From an uncultured virus (IMG/VR IMGVR_UViG_3300038423_000131) (taxonomy: Duplodnaviria; Heunggongvirae; Uroviricota; Caudoviricetes), in the IMG/VR virus record IMGVR_UViG_3300038423_000131: a DNA stretch of 64,000 nucleotides; one strand, written 5' to 3'. Position 1 is the stretch's first letter. Each line of letters opens with the position of its first letter. Both the position numbers and the translations under genes were made by a program. Under the pieces are notes generated by a model. That model ran no database searches, had not been told where the DNA came from, and saw only the letters and a list, made by a program, of their open reading frames with translations. This document shows, in pieces, positions 19,497-29,329 of the stretch.

Positions 19497-20152
19497 GGTT
19501 TTTTTTCTATCTTTTTATAATATGGACAGTTATGGTTAGTTTTGCTTGGTCTATAAACGCACCATTCACAGTCTTCATATCTTGGTTTTAGTTGCGATGG
19601 GTCTTTCTTATCAATTGCTTCTGCTATATTCATTATTTGCCAAATAAATGCGTTTCTTGTAAGTTCCCGTTCAGGTTCACTCATAGAAAACTCGAAGACC
19701 ATAAATGAGACATTTATTATGTTGATTATGGCTAAATAACCAGTTTCAACATTCATTACTGCCATTCCAATTGCAAGCTGTTCTACCCAATCTTTAGGTA
19801 TATCTTCTTTTCTAAAAATGTTTTTGCGTGTAGTTTTCCATTCAAGCGGTTTATCTCCATGTATAGCATCAATAGTAACTTGTACTCCTGCAATATCAAA
19901 GACTTTTTCTTGAGCGTCAAATCCTTTTTCTAATATTTGGTGCGCCATTTCTCCAATCATTACTATACCTACATCTTTACTCCTGTATTCACCTTTAACT
20001 TCTCCAGTTATTCGCCAATATCCTTTTAACCCACAAGAAATCGCATCACTTCTATGAAATCCTTTTCGACCTACCGTAGTTTTTTCATAATGGTAAGAAA
20101 GAACTTTATCGGCAAACTCTTTTACCATTTCGCCATTATATTCTATTCTCAT
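19493..20152 (-). CDS. Cas4-like PD-(D/E)XK exonuclease
   Basis: G..AH, IDAI, LEWKTT, QLAIG and split Cys ligands C...CEWC...C. Confidence 0.7.
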   Translation of the reverse strand: MRIEYNGEMVKEFADKVLSYHYEKTTVGRKGFHRSDAISCGLKGYWRITGEVKGEYRSKDVGIVMIGEMAHQILEKGFDAQEKVFDIAGVQVTIDAIHGDKPLEWKTTRKNIFRKEDIPKDWVEQLAIGMAVMNVETGYLAIINIINVSFMVFEFSMSEPERELTRNAFIWQIMNIAEAIDKKDPSQLKPRYEDCEWCVYRPSKTNHNCPYYKKIEKKP

Positions 20153-20279
20153 TATCCTACCTCTATAGCTTTTACTGGATTACCATTAACTACAATTACA
20201 AGTAAATATTTATCTGGTGTAAAATATTTAATTTGCCATATTTTAACTGATACCCATATAGTTCTCATTGGTACAGTTC

Positions 20280-22025
20280 TCATTGATTATACCACGCATT
20301 TTTTCCCTCAACGTAATCTGATTGAGATTTCTTTCGTTTAAGATATTCTTCATCGAAAGGATTAAAATCTTTATCCATAGGTTCTTCTGCAATCTTATCA
20401 TGTTCGCCTTCTAATGGTGCTGGTACTTTATCTGCTTTCCATATGTTTGTGCCGCCGCCACCTTCCTTAATTGAAACTACAGGTGCATCTTCTTCTTCAC
20501 CATAATAAGAAATAGCGTAAATTAGTGAGTCAAATGAGTGGTCGTCAACTTTGCGTACTTTACCATTTTTATCATATGTTAAGTTTCTTAGACTTCTAAG
20601 TAATGTAACATATGCTTTAGGAATCTGCAAATTATGACGTTCTATATATCGTTTACAAGTAGCTATATAAGTCTCTTTTTCCTGTCCACCTTCGAAACTG
20701 AATAACTCATGAACGGTGAATCCCTTATCCATTAAGGTGTTATTATATGCGGATTGTGCTGGGTCAGGTCTGATAATTTCTACTCCAAGAGTATTAGCCA
20801 TATCTACAGCAGTTTGTATCTTTTCTTGGTCACTTTGACCGTAAAGTTCTTTATGGTCAAGAACGAAAACTGTTTTACCTAACTTTCCAATTCCACTATA
20901 AGCATCTGGTGCTGTGCCTTGACCCCAATCTATACCTTCTACTCTTTCACCAACATACTGTTTAGCCCGTTTAGATGATGATGGAATTTGACTTGGTTTT
21001 ACTCCTTCAAGTTGCATATAATATTGTACAAGTGGACAAAAACCATCCTCATATGGATGGCATTCTTTACATTTATCGCATGTGCAAGATTTTAAGTCTT
21101 CAACTTTAAAAACAAGACCTGAACTAATGCTGAATGCTCCAAGACCTTCACATAGCCATTCATCATTGCTCTTTTGGTTGCGATACATTTGTATAGTTTC
21201 ATCGGTTGACCAAGGTAAATTGCTGAACCAATGATGAACATTAGTATCCATATAGATTTTATATGGGTCAGTTTTCTTGCTTATGTGTTTAGCAATAGCC
21301 CATTGATAACGCTTATATCCAAGTTTCTCAGCGTCATTCCAAGTTTCCAAAAAGTCTCCATGAGCTAAGTGTGGAGTTGAACTTTTAATTATTCTTAGGT
21401 CTTCACTTGTTGAACCTTGCCATAAAGCCGCCCTAATTTCATTTGTTTTACCTGCCGCTTCACCTGCCGCTTCTTCGTCTATAATGACATCTCTAACATG
21501 TGGTCCTCTTGTGCTTGTTTCTGAAACAGCCGTAAATATACATCCACTATCACAAAACGTTTCAATTGTCGGTGGCAATTTAATGCAATGTGATGTAAAT
21601 TCTTGTAAATCCTTACTATGTCTAATCCAACGATTAACATATGAAAAAACTTTTTTTGATTGTTCGCCTGAACCACCAAGGCAACTGATTTGATAATAAT
21701 CGTGAGTGAAAATGCGCCATGCGATATATACCGCAAGAACGAAAGATTTACCAGAACCCCTACCTGCCGCTATAATTGCAAGTTTAACGCCTTTAATGCA
21801 TACATCTATTAAGAAAGTCTTTTGGTCATCTGAAAGTATTAATGGTTTGCCAGTTTCAGGGTCCATTTTTAAGACATTTGTTGCAAATTCAATTGGTCCT
21901 CTACGCTTCCATTCTTTACGCCAAATTTCATAATTTCGTTTAATTGCCGCATTCTTTTTTTCGTCTTTAGTTCCTTGTCGCTTTTGCCAAATCTTTTCTT
22001 CTTCGCTAAATATACCGCCTGACAT
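20280..22025 (-). CDS. terL: Terminase large subunit
   Basis: Walker A AGRGSGKS, Walker B IIDEE, nuclease GIDWG and DDHSFDSLIYA. Confidence 0.9.
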   Translation of the reverse strand: MSGGIFSEEEKIWQKRQGTKDEKKNAAIKRNYEIWRKEWKRRGPIEFATNVLKMDPETGKPLILSDDQKTFLIDVCIKGVKLAIIAAGRGSGKSFVLAVYIAWRIFTHDYYQISCLGGSGEQSKKVFSYVNRWIRHSKDLQEFTSHCIKLPPTIETFCDSGCIFTAVSETSTRGPHVRDVIIDEEAAGEAAGKTNEIRAALWQGSTSEDLRIIKSSTPHLAHGDFLETWNDAEKLGYKRYQWAIAKHISKKTDPYKIYMDTNVHHWFSNLPWSTDETIQMYRNQKSNDEWLCEGLGAFSISSGLVFKVEDLKSCTCDKCKECHPYEDGFCPLVQYYMQLEGVKPSQIPSSSKRAKQYVGERVEGIDWGQGTAPDAYSGIGKLGKTVFVLDHKELYGQSDQEKIQTAVDMANTLGVEIIRPDPAQSAYNNTLMDKGFTVHELFSFEGGQEKETYIATCKRYIERHNLQIPKAYVTLLRSLRNLTYDKNGKVRKVDDHSFDSLIYAISYYGEEEDAPVVSIKEGGGGTNIWKADKVPAPLEGEHDKIAEEPMDKDFNPFDEEYLKRKKSQSDYVEGKNAWYNQ

Positions 22026-22026
22026 A

Positions 22027-22518
22027 TTACTTTTGCTCTCTTACAGATTGTTGTTTGGCTATATCAGCCCTTATTTTTCCTTCTTCTCTGATTAATAGCC
22101 CGATAAGATGGCGTTTAGTATCAATAATAACTTTCTCTGTACCTAAATCTTTGGATTCGGCTGTTAATGCAAAAAGGGTAGTTTTATCATGGCAACCTTG
22201 GAACCGCTTTCTTAAATCTTCATGTAATTTTTTCATCTCTTCACATTCTTTACTGAGTGCATCAATAGTAAGCAATCGGTCTTTTCTGACTTTATATAAT
22301 GTGTCAAGCAAGTCTTTAAGTTTCTTTTTATCTTCAAGTGTTGGAAGTATATCTATCATTTCAGCAAACTTAGTCTCTGGAACTTCAACTATTGCTTGGT
22401 CAGGTTCATTTTGTGCAACTTCTGGAATCATTGATTTAGGCATATTAACTGTTAATTCTATACAGTCTGTTGCAGGGTTTAATTTCCAACTAACAACATC
22501 AGTTATTTTTATACTCAT
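22027..22518 (-). CDS. Helical hypothetical protein upstream of terL (possible small terminase)
   Basis: Position and size only. Confidence 0.3.
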   Translation of the reverse strand: MSIKITDVVSWKLNPATDCIELTVNMPKSMIPEVAQNEPDQAIVEVPETKFAEMIDILPTLEDKKKLKDLLDTLYKVRKDRLLTIDALSKECEEMKKLHEDLRKRFQGCHDKTTLFALTAESKDLGTEKVIIDTKRHLIGLLIREEGKIRADIAKQQSVREQK

Positions 22519-22875
22519 AAATCAAACACTTCCATTTTTATAGTTGGTGGTTGAGTTGGACTTCCACAATCTAAAATTAGAGATTTTATTTTTAGAGTGT
22601 CATTACCATTTATTTTAACTTTTGTACCATGATATGTGCCATCACTTTCGATTTCAAATTTTCTACCTTTATATTTTATCTGTGGAGTATTATCTTTAAT
22701 TTTTATTCTTTTCATATAGTATCTAACTTCCCTGTTATACAACAATAGTGTTATAGTATATAAATGTTTTGGTCTATTTTTAGTCCAAACAATAATTGTA
22801 AATAGTGATAATTTACTACAAAAGATTTAAATAGTTGTTTAAATTAAATATAAACCAATATTAGAAGGTGAAAGT

Positions 22876-23328
22876 ATGAGTCAGTCAGGACCATTTAGAT
22901 GTATAAATATGTTAATAAAAGCAACCGTTGGTAGTACAGTCTATGTTATAGGTGTTGTCGAAGGCTTTGACATTCAGCTTGGTTATGAAGGCGGAGCAGA
23001 ACCGTATTATGGTTCAAGAGTCAGGAAACATTCAGCAGGCTCTAAGACTTGCACATTCAGCATTACACGATGGTACTATACAGATGCAACACAGGAAAAC
23101 TTATTATTCAATCTGTTTTTGAATGAAATACAGTTCGAACTTGAAGGGGATTTAATCACTAATAGCGGCGTTCCAATTGGTGGTGGAGCAACATCAAATG
23201 CAGTAATATCTATTACTAATGCAAGACTCTATAAGTGGAGACCAAGGACTGGTAAAGCAGACGACATAATTGGTGAAGAAGCATCTGGTCAAGCAACAGA
23301 TTGGGTAGTAACAATAGTTCCAACTTAA
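22876..23328 (+). CDS. Tail tube (major tail) protein
   Basis: 150 aa, beta-rich pattern (IG.VEGFDI...YYGS...TFSITRWY...I.NARL) typical of tube proteins. Confidence 0.6.
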   Translation: MSQSGPFRCINMLIKATVGSTVYVIGVVEGFDIQLGYEGGAEPYYGSRVRKHSAGSKTCTFSITRWYYTDATQENLLFNLFLNEIQFELEGDLITNSGVPIGGGATSNAVISITNARLYKWRPRTGKADDIIGEEASGQATDWVVTIVPT

Positions 23329-23757
23329 ATACCACAATGGTTGTCTATTAATCAACCAATTTTTTATATTTACCATCTTACTCGATTTTTATTTCTATCA
23401 ATTAAGCAGTTACCTTGTGAGATGCCATAAGGACTAATCATATGGGAAACTATGACATCTTTTTCCTTAATTAATTGAAATTCTGAATATTTTTTAACCA
23501 TCTTTTTTGTTATATTAATAGTGCGTATATCTACAGCAGACTGAGATTTAAATGGTACTTTCATATTTTCAATTCCAAATTTAACAAATACATCAGTTAA
23601 TTCACACTCATTGATTTCATGAATAAATACTCCAAGACTGTTAATATGATTTATTGATATTGTTATTATTCTTTTCAGTTCACCGTTTGGTTCATCTTGA
23701 CCATACATGAAATAAGATGTATCTCCCCTAATTGCTTCCCATTCTACAATTGCAGAA

Positions 23758-24312
23758 TTACCCATTTAAGTGTGCCCCACCAAACTCATACTCTCTTGTT
23801 GATGATAAAGTATTTTGTTGAACTTCTATTGATAAAGCTTTAAACATTTCATCTACTTGCCGTGTTGTTTTACCTCTTAATGGAAATATTAATGGGTATC
23901 TATATTGAACAGCATAATTCATTAACATAGGTTGAGCAAGTCCTATTTCGCCTTTCCTACGTTTACCCCTTATTTCATGGTCAACATATCCAATAACTAA
24001 TTTATTAACTAATTCTAATGGATAAAAACGATGTTTGCAATATTCATCCATTGAAACACTATAAAAGTCTTTAGAATCACATCTTGTTTCCCAAGTAGCA
24101 CAGTAATCTATAGTTCGTGGTTTAAATACATAAATTTGAGAATTAGGTGATATTCGCCTTGCATTACGCTTAATTTGTTGAACATGATAATTCTTCATTT
24201 TCCAAGTTTGAAATAGGAATAACTTTGGAACTATACCCTGCTTAACAAGTTCAGATAAACAGACAATTGAATCTACGCCGCCTGAAAACATTAAGCCAAC
24301 ACTTTCTTCCAT
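23758..24312 (-). CDS. PP-loop ATP pyrophosphatase-like protein
   Basis: N-terminal FSGGVDS. Confidence 0.6.
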   Translation of the reverse strand: MEESVGLMFSGGVDSIVCLSELVKQGIVPKLFLFQTWKMKNYHVQQIKRNARRISPNSQIYVFKPRTIDYCATWETRCDSKDFYSVSMDEYCKHRFYPLELVNKLVIGYVDHEIRGKRRKGEIGLAQPMLMNYAVQYRYPLIFPLRGKTTRQVDEMFKALSIEVQQNTLSSTREYEFGGAHLNG

Positions 24313-24388
24313 TACTTTTCACCACAATATCTACAAGCATATTTATTTCGAGTAGGATTTTTAGTACAAGTTTTACATGCTTTTTTGG

Positions 24389-24889
24389 TCATATAACATC
24401 ACCATTTAAACTTATCTTTAAATCCTCATATAGTCCAATTTCACATTCATAGAGTTTTTTAATTATCATTTGCAGAAACATTATTGGTAACGCCGCCCTA
24501 CTATTTCCATATCTACGCTTAAACTCAAGTTGACAACAGTAAAGCATCCCTATAGCTCTGTTATAATTATAGTAAGATGGTTTTGGTGTACTGTAGATTG
24601 TTAAGCATTCACAAACTAATTTATTAATCTTTTTAGATGTTTCCAAATAAGAGTAGTAAGTCATCCCATCTATCCAGTTTAATTTAATCATAAGTTTAGT
24701 TAAGAAGTAATTGAATTCGCCATCTTGAATTTCGGGTTTATGATAAACTATTTCTTCTTTAAATTTAATGGCTAAAATTGCTATTGCATCATCTGTACAA
24801 AGTGGACCATTAACCCAAACTAATATTTCACCAATCAATTCATCGAAAGGTGGTCTTTGTTCTTTGGTTATGTAAGGCATATTTATCAC
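24389..24889 (-). CDS. Conserved phage hypothetical protein
   Basis: MPYI...GEFNY...LEFKRR...YEDLKI..NGDV pattern. Confidence 0.5.
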   Translation of the reverse strand: MINMPYITKEQRPPFDELIGEILVWVNGPLCTDDAIAILAIKFKEEIVYHKPEIQDGEFNYFLTKLMIKLNWIDGMTYYSYLETSKKINKLVCECLTIYSTPKPSYYNYNRAIGMLYCCQLEFKRRYGNSRAALPIMFLQMIIKKLYECEIGLYEDLKISLNGDVI

Positions 24890-25275
24890 TTAGTTAATAA
24901 TGACAAACTCCTTAATAAAGGTTACGTTTAAGTTACAACTTAAATAAAAACTAATATTTTGGTAGTGGACCTTTCCAACAGTTTAAACAAATTTTATTTG
25001 TATAAAATTTATTCCATCCACCCCTATGATGGCTAACATAATATTTAAGGTGGTCTTCCACATAAAATAAACCTTTAATAATTGGCATATTACACTCATG
25101 GCATTCGTGTTCTTCTCTTGCTCTCCGAATAATTATAAATTCTCCTTCTACACATCCATTTATTTTAATATATTTTTCTCTCTTATTTTCAAGTAATATA
25201 CTTCTTCTAATCATTTCTTGAATATGACTTTTTTCTCTGTCTTTCCAAGCTAATTTATAATTTTCTACCAGTTTT

Positions 25276-25830
25276 TCATATTCCATTTTTATCACTAATA
25301 ATATTATTCAATGGACTCTTATAAACATTGTGGTAAAGTTCATCTATGCTATAGCTATAATTATTAATATAGGTCACACATCTCTTGATTATTTTGGTTA
25401 TTTCTTGTAATGTAGTAGTTACAATTGATAATAATTCAGTAATAGTGATAAATCTAATATTTACAGCAAACCTCTTCACCGCCGCCTTGACTGCTTTGGA
25501 TTCGGCTAAATTAGCTGGGCGATTCGTGACTACAATGTTGATAGTGTTTGGGTCATAGCCTTCGCCTGAGAATCTGGTTGTAACATCGTTATAGAACCAA
25601 GCAACTCGATATGGGTAGTCACTGGTCATATATTTTGCTTCAATATTGAATTTTTTGCCGTTTGGTAATTGAAGTTTAAAGTCGCATCCATGTCCAATTT
25701 GGCGTTTCCATTCATCAGGTTGATTAATTGGGTTTTTGAATGTTAAATAATTACTTAATCCAGAAGCCCGTAAAGCATTAAAAACTTGGTGTTCAAAATC
25801 TAAACCTATATTATCATAAACAGTTAACAT
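25276..25830 (-). CDS. PD-(D/E)XK nuclease
   Basis: FE...GCDF...IEAK. Confidence 0.55.
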   Translation of the reverse strand: MLTVYDNIGLDFEHQVFNALRASGLSNYLTFKNPINQPDEWKRQIGHGCDFKLQLPNGKKFNIEAKYMTSDYPYRVAWFYNDVTTRFSGEGYDPNTINIVVTNRPANLAESKAVKAAVKRFAVNIRFITITELLSIVTTTLQEITKIIKRCVTYINNYSYSIDELYHNVYKSPLNNIISDKNGI

Positions 25831-26246
25831 TTAATTCCTTCTAATTTTAATATTAATAAATATCACTTTATCTATTTAAGGCTTCTGGTTCATTAAATAA
25901 TTACTTAAACCATAAAACTTATATAGTGGAGACTATAATGTTATAGTAGGTGCTACGCATAATGACCCATGCTCAGTAAACCATAAGAGAACGATGTCTG
26001 CTTAACTGGTGGGCAGTTCTATGGGTAGGTGTGATATATGAATTGGTTAGCGAAATTAGGGTCAAATGCGGTAGATGTGGAAGAGAGTTTATTCGGTATA
26101 TTTATAAACGGCATAGTGTAAAACATAGCTATAGACATCACAGGGGACATAAAGGCGGTGGTCTTAATCCTATGACTTCCTGTTACTACTGCAACGGCGA
26201 AGTTAAGCAATTGAATTAAGTAATTACTTAAAGGATAAGTTTATAA

Positions 26247-27314
26247 GTGGGTATGCTATATAGCTTAGTAGTGATTAGAATGAATGAAGTAAAATTAGAA
26301 TGTGAACCTAACGGCGAATGTAAAACTATGATTGTTTGTGAACCTTTGCTAAGTGGGTCAACTGTTGAGCAATTGACGCATTTACGTGAACTTGTTCGTA
26401 AGCATCAGGATATGCAGAAAGCAAGGCAGGCGTTTGAGAATCGTGTGCGTAGTTTGGTACAGGGAGCAACACAGGAAGGCAGGCTTGGTTGGCTGATTGA
26501 GGACTCTATGGTTGAAGGAATGGATAATGTTGAGATGCCAGAAGGATACGAAGATATTGGGCGACCAAAAAAGAAGTTTCATGGCTTGCAGTATTGGGAA
26601 GACGACCTTGTTAAGCAGATGAAGCTAATAGTCGAAAATAATAAGCTGTATGTAGAGTGGCTTGGTAGAGTTAAAGGCATAGGCATACTTACCGCCGCTA
26701 AAATGATAGCTTATTTCGAACCTTATTGGGCTGAAATGGAAATGACTGCTTATGTTAAAAAGAAAGAGCGAACAGGAGAAGTTCTTGATGCCCCACAGAA
26801 AAAGACATTTAAACTTTATCGCCCTAAATCACGAAGTTCATTGATTAAACTGTGCGGTTATGGAGTGGATGAAACAAGCCATAGAGCATTTTGCCGAGCA
26901 AATTATAATAAGGAATCTTGTATGGGAAACGCCGAATATAAAAAGACAATGTATGTTCTTTTTGATGCCGTAATTAGGCAAAAAGGTAAATGCTATGACC
27001 TGTTTAAGCGTTACCACGAAGAAACATTGGCTAACTATGAGAAATATTTAATTAAACATTATGGTTATCCAACAAGAATAGAAGTTAAGAAGAATTTTCC
27101 GAAACAATATATACCAAACAGCCTTGATTTAAGTCGAAGACGATTTATAAAGACTTTTCTATCTATACTCTGGGAGAAATACCAAGAAATCTATAATTTG
27201 CCAATATCAAGACCGCAACATAATCCTGACCCGAACAGCCAAATTAAACTATCAGATGCAGAGCGTGAATTGTCAGATACAGAATGGTTACATCCAGAAG
27301 ACCTGTGTGAATAA
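26247..27314 (+). CDS. tasA: Nop/IS110-C-terminal-like RNA-binding protein without nuclease domain (TasA-like); likely start ATG at 26280
   Basis: Coiled coil LRELVRKHQDMQKARQAFENRVRSL, WLGRVKGIGILTAAKMIA, SSLIKLCGYG; no RuvC or HNH motifs seen; flanked by 36-nt arrays. Confidence 0.75.
   Translation: MGMLYSLVVIRMNEVKLECEPNGECKTMIVCEPLLSGSTVEQLTHLRELVRKHQDMQKARQAFENRVRSLVQGATQEGRLGWLIEDSMVEGMDNVEMPEGYEDIGRPKKKFHGLQYWEDDLVKQMKLIVENNKLYVEWLGRVKGIGILTAAKMIAYFEPYWAEMEMTAYVKKKERTGEVLDAPQKKTFKLYRPKSRSSLIKLCGYGVDETSHRAFCRANYNKESCMGNAEYKKTMYVLFDAVIRQKGKCYDLFKRYHEETLANYEKYLIKHYGYPTRIEVKKNFPKQYIPNSLDLSRRRFIKTFLSILWEKYQEIYNLPISRPQHNPDPNSQIKLSDAERELSDTEWLHPEDLCE
26301..26344 (+). repeat. Single TIGR-like unit inside the 5' part of the tas ORF
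   Basis: TGTGAACC-10nt-TGTAAAAC-10nt-TGTGAACC. Confidence 0.8.
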
Positions 27315-27322
27315 TAATGTAT

Positions 27323-27582
27323 TGTGAACCTAAAACCTTTTGTAAATCTGGGCAGATTTGTGAACCTATACAGTTATGTAAAACTCCCCTACCGTGTGAA
27401 CCAGAATCGTGTTGTAAAACTTACGAATATTGTGAACCTATGAATACCTATAAAACTAACAGAGATTGTGAACCTTGGCTCGATTGTGACTCTATGTTTT
27501 CATGTGAACCAGTAAATGTTTGTAAAACTTTACAAAAATGTGAACCTTGGATGACTTGTAAATCTGCCCAGCGTTGTGAACC
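27323..27582 (+). repeat. TIGR-like dual-repeat guide array, 7 units of 36 nt
   Basis: TGTGAACC at 27323, 27359, 27395, 27431, 27467, 27503, 27539 and 27575; TGTAAAAC-like repeat at +18; all 14 spacers differ. Confidence 0.88.
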
Positions 27583-27632
27583 GAAAGGTATATATAATTG
27601 TGGTGACATTGTAAAGGTGGTGAATTAACCAA

Positions 27633-28559
27633 ATGAGTAAAGTTAAAAAAGAATATAAACCAACAATTAAACTTTGGGATGGTACGCCTGTTCATAGTAG
27701 CTTGGATTTTTTGATTATGGATGATATTGCAAATAAATTGAGGGAATTAGGTTTTAATGCCATACATAAAGCATGGTGGAGTCTCGAAGATTTGCATAAT
27801 GATAAACTTGCATTTGTAACTCATACAAGGCGTTTAGCATCAGTTTATCCATATACTACATCTATGCGTGACGCTCAACAATTCAAAATTGACGCATATG
27901 ATGGTAAATTGCCAAATAATATAGCTCTACGGGTTGCGGCTCATGGTCACACTACGGCAGGTACGCTTGCAAACGAAACGATAAAAATACTTAATTTGCC
28001 ATGCTGGACAACATTCATTGAGTATCCTAAAGCACTCGGTAGTTTTGCACAATTCCAAACAGATATTGGGGCATATTTCATAATAGTAACAGAAACAGGA
28101 CATGTTAAATTGCAAGAATGGCTTTATCCATCATTCGTTTTTGATTATAACGAAAATAAAATTTTCCTTGGAAAAATTAATGGTGGAAGAAAATATGCAC
28201 CAACAGAAAAAGTATGTCTCGACCCATCATTTAAAGAGTTGCTTAAAGATGCTAAATTCGTGGTTGCTTGCGTAGCAGATTTCCATGTAGGCGAAGTTCA
28301 ATCTATTGCACCGCCACAATACACAATTAACGGCGTAACTAAACCAGTTAATCAAACCTTAGCAAACCAAAGGTTATATGAATACTGGAAGAAGTTCGTT
28401 GAAGCATGTAAGCAAGTTAATCCCGATGAAATCTGGGTGGTAGGCGATGTTTTGGCAGGCACTAATGTCTTTGAGAAAACTCGAAGAGTTTTGACATCTC
28501 AATTAAATGAGCAAGCCGCAATGTTTGTTGAACTAATGAAGGATTTGATTCCTTCATAA
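27633..28559 (+). CDS. Circularly permuted calcineurin-like metallophosphoesterase
   Basis: Motif order GTPVH, FVTH, AHGH, then DFH, GDVLAG. Confidence 0.65.
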   Translation: MSKVKKEYKPTIKLWDGTPVHSSLDFLIMDDIANKLRELGFNAIHKAWWSLEDLHNDKLAFVTHTRRLASVYPYTTSMRDAQQFKIDAYDGKLPNNIALRVAAHGHTTAGTLANETIKILNLPCWTTFIEYPKALGSFAQFQTDIGAYFIIVTETGHVKLQEWLYPSFVFDYNENKIFLGKINGGRKYAPTEKVCLDPSFKELLKDAKFVVACVADFHVGEVQSIAPPQYTINGVTKPVNQTLANQRLYEYWKKFVEACKQVNPDEIWVVGDVLAGTNVFEKTRRVLTSQLNEQAAMFVELMKDLIPS

Positions 28560-28562
28560 TTT

Positions 28563-28679
28563 TGTGAACCTAAACCAAGCATGTAAAACTTTGCCGATTT
28601 GTGAACCTAATCAGCAATTTAAAACTTGGGCTTTTTGTGAACCAAGCTTAACGTGTAAAACTGACCTATGTTGTGAACC
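28563..28679 (+). repeat. TIGR-like dual-repeat array, 3 units
   Basis: TGTGAACC at 28563, 28600, 28636 and 28672; TGTAAAAC/TTTAAAAC at 28582, 28618 and 28654. Confidence 0.85.
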
Positions 28680-28726
28680 GTAATATTTAAATAGGTCGTT
28701 GTTAATGTAGTAGGTAGTGATTAAAA

Positions 28727-29242
28727 ATGGCAACACCAGAAGAAAATAAACAAGCAACTGCGGAAGAACCAAAGCGTTCTTTTGTTGGGACTCCAGAACC
28801 ACAACCAGAAAAGAAATTGGGGACTTCTGAATTGCTTGAAAGAATATATGAAGTGGAAGTATATATTGGCAAAACATTGAAAGACCAAACCGAAATTTTA
28901 GCTCAAATTAGAGACGAATTAGTTAAGAACTCTAAGCAAGTAGTTGTTAAAAATGCTACCATTACTCCAGTAGAAGTACCAGCCGCAACACCACTACCAC
29001 CAGCACCAACTTCGAGTGCACCAGATGTTAAGTTAGCAAAGATTATGACGGCTTTTCCAGAAGAGATTCTAAGTCTGATTAATATAAACAGCGAAGATAA
29101 TAATATGTTTTTCATTATTAAGCCTAAGCAGTTTTTGGGTTCAGAGAATTTTGCAAAGATAGCAAGTGCAGTCAGAGGATTGGGCGGAGAATATGTTAGC
29201 CAAGGTAGAGAAAGTCACTTCCGAATTTCAAAGGCTACTTAA
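28727..29242 (+). CDS. Hypothetical protein
   Basis: ORF with RBS; Pro-rich linker and globular C-terminus. Confidence 0.5.
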   Translation: MATPEENKQATAEEPKRSFVGTPEPQPEKKLGTSELLERIYEVEVYIGKTLKDQTEILAQIRDELVKNSKQVVVKNATITPVEVPAATPLPPAPTSSAPDVKLAKIMTAFPEEILSLININSEDNNMFFIIKPKQFLGSENFAKIASAVRGLGGEYVSQGRESHFRISKAT

Positions 29243-29329
29243 AGCCTTACTTTTTTTGTTAATTAAAGTTAATTTTTAGCAAAAGATTTAAATAGTTGCT
29301 CAATCAATTCATATTAGAGTTGATAGTGG

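Noticed and set aside
26193..26201. Self-target: spacer AACGGCGAA matches just upstream of the tas promoter
   Set aside because: The same 9-mer also occurs in polB (15642-15650, minus strand), and the partner spacer has no clean adjacent match. It could be chance. No convincing target was found by eye, and the search was not exhaustive.
26247..27314. IS110 transposase
   Set aside because: No N-terminal DEDD RuvC-like domain is visible, and the 36-nt arrays fit Tas better.
27323..27582. CRISPR array
   Set aside because: The 8-nt alternating repeats and ~10-nt spacers are far too short, and there is no cas operon. The Cas4-like gene is a common standalone viral nuclease.
27317..27628. Cys-rich 103-aa ORF (CEP...CKT repeats), metallothionein-like
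   Set aside because: It is the translation of the array. Repeats are fixed at wobble positions, and the sister array at 28563 has an 11-nt spacer and an in-frame stop, favouring an RNA-level repeat. Translation is not strictly excluded.
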